Part shown: one piece after another, positions 55,867 to 64,000 of the stretch | Layout of the letters: each line of letters begins with the position of its first letter | Numbering within the stretch: position 1 is the stretch's first letter | Source of the DNA: Octopus sinensis | Lineage: Eukaryota | Length of the DNA: 64,000 nt | NCBI RefSeq assembly: GCF_006345805.1 | Contig: NC_042997.1 | Location: forward strand, 12,400,001 to 12,464,000 | Direction of reading: 5' to 3' | The notes under the pieces: generated by a model | What the model was told of the DNA's origin: nothing | Databases searched by the model: none | The model's input: the letters and a program-made list of their open reading frames with translations, nothing else | Made by a program: the position numbers and the translations under genes

Positions 55867-56274
55867 TGACGTATATTTGCCATTTCAATATGGCTAACCC
55901 CTAAGGTGGGATGCTACTGTAGTTTTTAGCCCCAGGAGGACACACTCCTCCAGCTGGCCATAGACACACTTTCTGTGCCCTGTCAGTATTTGCAAAGGGA
56001 AGTCATCCTTCCCGTCTTCAACTTATGATACACACGGACTCGAGTTTCGAGGTATTGACCTCTCGTCAGCGTGTGACAATCATAGTTGTCGGCGAGAATT
56101 AGATTTCCTTCACAAATACTTATACTTTTTCCAGCGTCCACTGTCGCTGATATTGAAAATGTGAAATCAAACAATGATAAATATCAAAGTTAGGGGTTAG
56201 CCATATTGAAATGGCAAATATACGTCACGATGTGTTACCGCTACTGTATATAACTCACTTTGATATTTATCATT
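55863..56274 (-). mobile_element. Hammerhead-bearing Penelope pLTR / retrozyme-like insertion with 5' inversion
   Basis: (TA)n on both sides. Perfect 42-bp inverted repeat at 55863-55904 / 56190-56231 and a 17-bp inverted repeat at 56173-56189 / 56258-56274. Intact hammerhead inside. Confidence 0.8.
56031..56075 (-). ncRNA. Type I hammerhead ribozyme with intact consensus core
   Basis: 5'-CACACG CUGACGA GAGGU CAAU ACCUC GAAA C UCGA GUC CGUGUG-3'. Helix I has 6 bp, helix II 5 bp, and helix III 2 bp plus a palindromic UCGA loop. Predicted cleavage is after GUC, between 56037 and 56036. Confidence 0.9.
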
Positions 56275-56488
56275 ATATATATATATATTCAATTAATCAA
56301 TTTAGGGTAGCAAAAAATTCAATAGAAATTATTTTGCCACCAGCGGTCTAGTGAGAAAGAGGAAATAGTCAGTGACTATAAATAAATTCAACAACAATTG
56401 AGGAACGGCCTCAATAGGCCGTTCGACCCACTAGAAAGAGCAGCCAGGACTCCAACCGCAAATAGTAGTAATTCCGAAATTTAAGGAA

Positions 56489-56553
<65 letters not shown>

Positions 56554-56887
56554 ATATGTGCGTATATGCATCTGTTAAACTCAGTCGTTATTTAGTATTT
56601 ATCGAGTATGACCCAGTAATTTGTACCATGCTTTTGTTAATAGCTTTATATCCCTATGTCATCGCGAGTAGACATTGAGATACTCTCGACATAACCACTT
56701 TTGGTCCAGCGGAACATCTCATGTAACGGGTTGAAGGAGAGATAGTTGCATCAGTATTCTGTTGTACAGCACACTGTGGAGGGAAATCCGGTTTCTATTT
56801 CTGGTAGTTATGCAACCACGTAAGCTTCTAACTTCACCCTGCTTATGAAATAAGTACTCTACGTACATAAAAACAACTTTCTCATTA

Positions 56888-58701
56888 CGCCGGTCAACAA
56901 CAATTTGCTTCCGAGACCAGAGTAGAAATTACCAACTAATTTTGAGGTTACTAATAATGAATATCATGGTTATCTTTGTTTGTTAGCTCCGCTTTTCAAG
57001 ATAAACCTACGTGTCACAACAAGTTCCAACACACTTGCGGCTGTGTGTTTCTTACCACACTCAGTCGTACTACACTTCAGTAATATTACAGCAGTAATAT
57101 GAGGTGGTTGTGCTGCGCAAGTTTACATTTTTAGTTGAATGGTAGGTGATTTCCCTAGTCAAACATTTTAAAACTTATAATAAATATTCATCGAGCAAGC
57201 TTTTGATATGCATGTGAGACATTTTATATTAATTTCATTTTCCTACTGAATAATATAAACAATTCTGCTACGCTGTCATGCTCTGTATGATAATGATAAA
57301 TTCATGAATAATTTTTTTTTCTGTTTATCTTCTACATGTTTATTGTTTTCTCCTTTCAGATGTCTCGTACTTGTGTGGATAAGACGGACAAATTCTGCTA
57401 CATTTGTGGTAGGATGATCCTTGCATCACAGAAACGCCGTATAACTGCCATGGTTAGAAAGGTATTTTTCTTATATTTTGGATGCAAGATTGGTGACCAG
57501 GATAAGAACTGGGCCCCTCACATATACTACAACACTTGTGCTACTAACCTTCGGCAATGGTTTAAGAGGAAAGGAATGCCTCTTGCTGTGCTAATGACGT
57601 GGCGGGAGCTAACAGACCATACCAACAATTATTTCTGCATGGTAACCTCAATACAAAAGGGCTTGGCAAAGAAGAAAGAGGAGTCTATTGAATATCCAAA
57701 CATTCCATCAGCTATTCGCCCATAGCTATCAGCTATGCATAAGATATAATGAACATAAATAGCAGCTCTGTGGGGACTTAAAGGTTATTGATCTTGTGAT
57801 GGGCATGCATGGTAAGTACACCAAGTACTGATGTTTTCTGTGTGAATGGGATAGCCGTGTAAGAGGTTCCCACTATATCAAGAGAGACTGGCCATATCAT
57901 CAATCACTGGAGCGTGGGATGAAAAATGATCAACATTCACCTCTCACTGAACCAAACAAAATTTTGCTACCACCACTACACATAAAACCGGGGCTCATGA
58001 AAAACTTTGTAAGATCTGTGGACACACTTGGTCAGGGATTTAAGTATTTAACATCAAAAATCCCCACATTGAGTAACGATAAGGTAAAAGAGAGGGAGAG
58101 AGCATTAATTGGTCCGCGGATGGAGACTTTGAATCAACCCTTAATGGGGAGGAGAAAGCTGCGAGGTAAGCATTGAAGTTAGTGGCGAAGGGATTTCTCG
58201 CAAACAGAAGGGAAAGAAACTATGTAGAATTGGTGGAAAAACTCATTAAAGCTTACAAGAAAATGGGATATAACATGTCACTTAAAATCTACTTTTTGAA
58301 CTCACATTTAGACTTTTTTCCAGCAAACCATATGACAGTTAGTGACGAATATGGGGAAAGGTTTCACCAAGATATTTCAACCAAGGAAAAACAGTACCAG
58401 GGTAAATGGAGCACAACAATGCTTGCAGACCATTGCTGGACATTGGCAAGTGATGATTCTTCAGCCAATTACAAGCGTCAAGCAAAAAGGAAGAGAGTAA
58501 ATACAGACTAGAGTTTAAAATATGTAATAATACATAGTGCACGTTCTAATAAAGTAATCCAATATTACAGGCTGCTTATCCTTTAATCTATAACTAAAAA
58601 GCATTTTCAAGGGGATATTTGAATTCAGTGCATAAAAATACACACGAATAAACTAAACTCATTTACGAAGCACACTACTTCTCAAAACTTGTTGACCAGT
58701 G
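56888..58701 (+). mobile_element. Chapaev3-like (CMC superfamily) DNA transposon, internally deleted, 1814 bp
   Basis: 3-bp TSD TTA at 56885-7 and 58702-4. TIRs CGCCGGTCAACAA and CACTGGTCAACAA match at 11/13. Transposase remnants lie inside. Confidence 0.8.
57360..58511 (+). pseudogene. Chapaev3-like transposase pseudogene
   Basis: Fragments MSRTCVDKTDKFCYICG...YFGCKIGDQDKNWAPH...YPNIPSAIRP, then GDLKV...CFLCEWDSR...LLPPLHIKPGLMKNFV, then MSLKIYFLNSHLDFFP...SDEYGERFHQDI...YQGKWSTTMLADHCW. Stops, frameshifts and deletions are present. Confidence 0.8.
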
Positions 58702-58711
58702 TTATCAAACC

Positions 58712-58958
58712 ATGAAATTGGGAGGCAAACTTCTTACTATCCTGTCACATAAGTATATATACACATGGAGATATATATACTCGTGTCTGTTTGTATGGTT
58801 AGATATTAAGATGCTGACCAACAGGTTCTGGCGTCGTAAAATCAAGTTTTCGGGCTGAAGAAACATGTCCACCTGAGACACGACAAGTTATTTTTCAAAT
58901 GTCTACTATGTAGCAATCATAATCAGTCATGAGAAAGTCTTCGGGAATATGCAATGAA
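58712..58958 (+). repeat. Local duplication of 60266-60898 (without the Helitron)
   Basis: About 245 bp of near-identical sequence from ATGAAATTGGGAGGCAAAC to CAATGA. Confidence 0.88.
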
Positions 58959-59003
58959 GACATTCGTCAGAAAAGTATTCTTGCGCTATCAGATTTCAAG
59001 TAA

Positions 59004-59398
59004 TCTTTATATATAAAAGAGAGGCTGTGTGTCTGTCTCCTACGATTTAGATTCCTAACTACTCCCACATTTTGCGATGCAGTTAACCAAAACCGGGTAT
59101 CTTATAGTCGTGATTTATATCGAGCCCTTCTGGGTATTAGCGCGCGTCTACGATGAGTCTATGATTTAAAAAAAAATTACCATCATTTTTTTCCATTTTA
59201 ATGCATTTTTTCGCTATTATATAAGGGAAGTAACTCTCTAAAAATGTCTACGATGAGTCAACGATTTAAAAAAAAATTTACCATAATTTTTTTCCATTTT
59301 TAATGCATTTTTTTGCTATTTTTTGGCTATAACTCTCTAAAAATGCTTATATAGTTATTTCCCTTACAAACCCGAGCAACGCCGGGCGATACTGCTAG
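59004..59398 (+). mobile_element. Non-autonomous Helitron
   Basis: A|TCTTTATATATAAAAG start, CCCGAGCAACGCCGGG hairpin at 59371-59386, CTAG|T end. Confidence 0.9.
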
Positions 59399-59828
59399 TG
59401 TGTTCTAAATGGTGCCATTATTATTCTTATCTGCCTTGCTAGTCGCGTTAAGTCATTTAGCATCCAGAATTACTCACACGCGTGCATGTCCATACGCATA
59501 CATTTTGACTTATATCAAGCTGCCTGCTAGTTGCTTTGTTTTATGCCATCTTTCGTATATTTATCTCTCCTTTGTTTTCCAAGGGGCCAATTCATGTCTC
59601 TTCCTACACACACACACACATACAGACAGACAGACAGATACACACACACACACACACACACTTTTATCTTTTATTTGTTTGAGTCATTAGAATACGACCA
59701 TGCTGGGGCACCGCATTGAAGAACCTTCGTCGAATGAATGAACCCGATACTTACTTTTTAAAAGCCCGCTGCTTATTTTATTGCTTACTTTTGTCAAAAC
59801 GCTAAGTTACGGGTGTGTAAAAAATACT

Positions 59829-60055
59829 TATTTCTTTATTACCCACAAGGGGCTAAACACAGAGGGGACAAACAAGGACAGACATAGGTATTAAGTCGAT
59901 TACCTCGACCCCAGTGCGTAACTGGTACTTAATTTATCGACCCCGAAAGGATGAAAGGCAAAGTCGACCTCGGCGGAATTCGAACTCACAACGTAACGCA
60001 CACGAAATACCGCTAAGCATTTCGCCCGGCGTGCTAACGTTTCTGCCAGCTCGCC
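59829..60055 (-). mobile_element. SINE family B nested in a family A copy (about 59660-60300)
   Basis: 16-bp TSD GTGTG(T/C)AAAAAATACT at 59813-59828 and 60056-60071. Confidence 0.88.
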
Positions 60056-60460
60056 GTGTGCAAAAAATACTGACGCTGGTAATTAAGCAGTACTGGGTGG
60101 GGAGCAAACACTGAAACAAAGACACACACGTAGATATGTGTATATGTACGACGGGCGTCTTTCGGTTTCCGTATATCAAATACACTCACAAGGCATTAAT
60201 CGGCCCGAGGATACAGGAGGAAACATTTGCTCAAAGTGCCCTGTAGCGGAACTAAACACCGAACTATGAAATTGGGAGGCAAACTTCTTACTATCCTGTC
60301 ACATAAGTATATATACACATGGAGATATATATACTCGTGTCTGTTTGTATGGTTAGATATTAAGATGCTGACCAACAGGTTCTGGCGTCGTAAAATCAAG
60401 TCTACGGGCTGAAGAAACACGTCCACCTGAGATGACAAGTTATTTTTCAAATATCTACTA

Positions 60461-60850
60461 CTAGCAGTATCGCCCGGCGTTGCTCGGGTTTGTAAGGGAA
60501 ATAACTATATAAGCATTTTTAGAGTTATAGCCAAAAAATAGCAAAAAAATGCATTAAAAATGGAAAAAAAATTATGGTAAATTTTTTTTTAAGTCGTTGA
60601 CTCATCGTAGACATTTTTAGAGAGTTACTTCCCTTATATAATAGCGAAAAATGCATTAAAATGGAAAAAAATGATGGTAAATTTTTTTTTAAATCATAGA
60701 CTCATCGTAGATGCGCGCTAATACCCAGAAGGGCTCGATATGAATCACGACTATAAGATACCCGGTTTTGGTTAAACCGCAAAATGTGGGAGTAGTTAGG
60801 AATCTAAATCGTAGGAGACAGACACACAACTTGACTTTTATATATAAAGA
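60461..60850 (-). mobile_element. Non-autonomous Helitron
   Basis: Inserted between A60460 and T60851 with no TSD. The empty site is visible at 58908/58909. Confidence 0.92.
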
Positions 60851-60921
60851 TGCAGCAATCATAAACATCATGTGAAAGTCTTCGGGAATATACAATGAGG
60901 AAGAATTCAAGATTGATGACC

Positions 60922-61271
60922 CTAAGAATTAAAAGAGCCATCAAGTTAAAACGCAACTGGTCCGATATTGTTGTGTGGGACCTTAGAACAAAGTTCTGTT
61001 ATGTTGTAGAAGCCAGCCGCCCTCTGGACACGAATGTGGTTAGAAAAAGCGAAACAGAATATCTGTGAACCATTGAAAAAGAGTTTCCAAAACCAGTGCT
61101 CTAGATACTCTCGCAGCTTTATACGCATATAATTAGAGTAACGGTATAAATAGCAACCCATCTGGAGCAAAGTGTGGCTAAGTTTGGGTTTTTGAGGAGA
61201 AAATTCAAATTTTTATTCATGCGCTACAAATGATCACAATATCTGGAGCTATAAACATCTGCAAGTTTTAA
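60922..61271 (+). mobile_element. Degenerate REL endonuclease / C-terminus of an R4/NeSL-type non-LTR element
   Basis: Fragments LRIKRAIKLKRNWSDIVVWDLRTKFCYVVEASRPLDTNVVRK (cf. HNRPDIVVW...E.SCP.D.N), IIRVTV*IATHLEQSVAKFGF and LQMITISGAINICKF*. Confidence 0.65.
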
Positions 61272-62686
61272 ACGATGACGAACAAAACAAGAGGCTTTCC
61301 TTCACAAACTTGCTTCAGAGCAGGAGGCCGGTCAGAATTTATTCTAAATTAAAAACAGAAAGAAAACATACATATGTATATATATATATAATCTATACAT
61401 ACAGACACACTCAGACATACCCACATTCACAGACATATATACATACATATATTAAGCAAAAATGAACTAAGAAGAATAACTGAGAGAGGCCAGTAGCTAT
61501 ATAAATATCATAGAAATACGGATATATCAATGCGATACAGCATAAATTCTTCGTTTATTATGCTTATCTTCGCCTCTAGAATTTTGTCACAATTACCTAA
61601 CGGCAATTGTGAGTAACACCATTAGAGAAGGGAAATAACTTCAATAATCAAGATTTCTCCCAAGATTACGTACCATTAGAGAAAAAGAGAGGCTCATTGA
61701 CTGGAGAAATTAAGACGTGTTTCAGCCTGAAGAGGCGTCATCAGCACTACAGTTGTCCTATCATATCTTCAGCAGCCAATAGACATAAACATACATATAA
61801 AGAGTAGAACGTCCTTTTACTTAATGATATGTAAAATTTGGAAAATTATTCATCTTTCAGATTATATTCTCTCCTCATATAGAGTTATTCTCAATTGCCA
61901 TTTACTAATTGCGACATTTTCACTTGAAGCGGAAACAGGAGTTTTAATAAATCACCAAGAATTTATGTAGTATGGTATTTCATAAACATATATTTATCTA
62001 TGTAGTACTTACATATACATGTGTCCACTTATATACAAATGCACATTTGTATATAAGGGGAGCAGGTGTTCTATTTATATATTAGTTTTCACAAAAAGCA
62101 GATGGCATACTTTTAAAAAAAACATTGTACTTATTTTAAAGTTTTATCAAGGTTATTTTGTATTTTCGAATGAAGTTTCTAGAACGATCATCATGTGTTC
62201 GAGAGCTTCACTATTCCAAATAACTGCAAAAAACTCATACTTGTACGTGTGTGTGTGTGTGTGTGTATGCGTGCATGCGCGCATGTTTGCGTGTTTGTCA
62301 ATGGAAATACATACATACAGACAGACATACATACAGACAGACATACATACAGACAGACATACATACAGACAGACATACAGACAGACATACATACAACGAT
62401 ATTTAATAAAGCATGAATAACTGGGAGTGTACGATGGCATGCATATGTGAAACTGTCAGTTTTTCGATATATACATGCGTACATACACATACACATGCGC
62501 AGGTGTCACGCAGTCACGCGCGCACACACATGCAAGCGCACTCATGCAAGCGCACACATTCATGCGCACAAAGGCGTACATACGCAAACAATAAAAATAT
62601 TCATATACAAAAGTATTCATCGTAAAAAACCACCTGTGACATCCACCTCTAAATATTGAAGCCAGATATCCTACAAAAAGGACGTT

Positions 62687-62689
<3 letters not shown>

Positions 62690-62757
<68 letters not shown>

Positions 62758-62835
62758 TAAACACATACATACATATACACACATGCACACACAAACATGC
62801 ACTCACATACACTCATACCTATATATATATAATAT

Positions 62836-62926
<91 letters not shown>

Positions 62927-62991
62927 ACACATACATACATATACACACATGCACACACAAACATGCACTCACATACACTCATACCTATATA

Positions 62992-63033
<42 letters not shown>

Positions 63034-63035
63034 TC
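62690..63035. repeat. Microsatellite-bounded perfect tandem duplication, 166-bp period
   Basis: The ATAAACACATACATAC...CTCATACCT block is identical at 62757 and 62923. Confidence 0.85.
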
Positions 63036-63476
63036 TCACACATACATATCAATGTGCGTATATATATAAACTTTTGTGTATATAAGGATTGGTTTATATG
63101 CAGGTTATCTGACTTCAGTATTGATGGGTTGGTGTCACAAGTAGGTTTTCACGATAATCATTTAATATATGTGTGTTTTTGTTCGTACGAGTGGTGCGTA
63201 CTTGCGTTCGTGTGTGCATGTATGCGCGCACACGTAGGAGCCTGTGCGATGGTGCACTTGCGTACTTGCAGCCCGCGAGTATGTGCGTGTATGTACGCAT
63301 GTATCTATACACAACCGCACAATCTAGCATATACATGCCAGTGTTCACTCACAGATATTCACAATCTCTTAAGTATCGTTGCTTGTATTATACACAAGAT
63401 TTAATCATTTGTTATAGTTGGGTTTATGCCCGTTACATTTTATAAATGTTGCACATTTGCTCTTACGGATAGTATA

Positions 63477-63687
63477 CAGAGTAGCCCAAAAGTAGGTTTA
63501 CAGTTATTCAACTATCTTTCGCATTCATATATTAATAGTTTAGATCTTAATTATAAAAACAATATGAAACCATTATTCTATGCTAATTTACTTAATTGTA
63601 AGATAGAAATTTAAATGAAATAAAATTGTCTTAAAGAAATTTAAAGTGCCTACGTGATAACTTTAAACGAATTTTTGGGCCACCCTG
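63477..63687. mobile_element. Tc1/mariner-type MITE, 211 bp
   Basis: TA flanks at 63475-6 and 63688-9. 27-bp TIRs CAGAGTAGCCCAAAAG... and CAGGGTGGCCCAAAAA... match at 21/27. Confidence 0.75.
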
Positions 63688-64000
63688 TATATGGGATACC
63701 ATACTACATATCTGGGGTTTTTTATGCACGACGTTTTAACAAATATATCGCTGAAAAATTATGGCTAATACAAAGACAGTTTTAGTTTAATCATATAATT
63801 GATATACTCAACTAATGTCACTGCATTCTCCCTCTTTCCCATATATATACAAATATATACAAAAATGATGCATAGATTTAGATTTTTTTATGATAACTTT
63901 AATGACTACGGATTTATTTTCTACATTCTGATTAATTTTGTCCACAGATCTTTGTATTTAGATATTTTGTTTTTGGAGTGTTTATTATTGTTTATTTGAT

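Noticed and set aside
61714-61744. CUGAUGA-CGCC(UCUUCA)GGCU-GAAAC-AC-GUC hammerhead-like string on the minus strand
   Set aside because: The core words are present, but helix I cannot pair and the helix II closing pair is mismatched. At best a decayed relic.

Overview
AT-rich eukaryotic DNA, very dense in microsatellites and transposons. From recall rather than a search, the SINE families and (TA)n/(TACA)n/(AAT)n load look like Octopus/coleoid cephalopod intronic or intergenic sequence. I cannot support any host protein-coding exon; nearly all listed ORFs are microsatellite or SINE read-throughs. The window holds dozens of tRNA-derived SINEs (here families A-D, many with exact TSDs), four ~390-bp non-autonomous Helitrons, three deleted DNA transposons with TIRs and TSDs (pogo-like with an intron and PHD finger, mellifera-type mariner, Chapaev3-like), two Tc1/mariner MITEs, remnants of REL-type, CR1/L2-like and RTE LINEs, and one 100-N gap. 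The best finding is a consensus-perfect type I hammerhead ribozyme on the minus strand (56031-56075). It sits in a 412-bp (TA)n-flanked insertion whose 5'-inverted segment reads across a head-to-tail junction, implying a 353-nt tandem or circular RNA template (Penelope pseudo-LTR or retrozyme-like). Four more degenerate hammerhead-like motifs from three other families also lie in or next to simple repeats. All family assignments come from motif recognition, not database searches.
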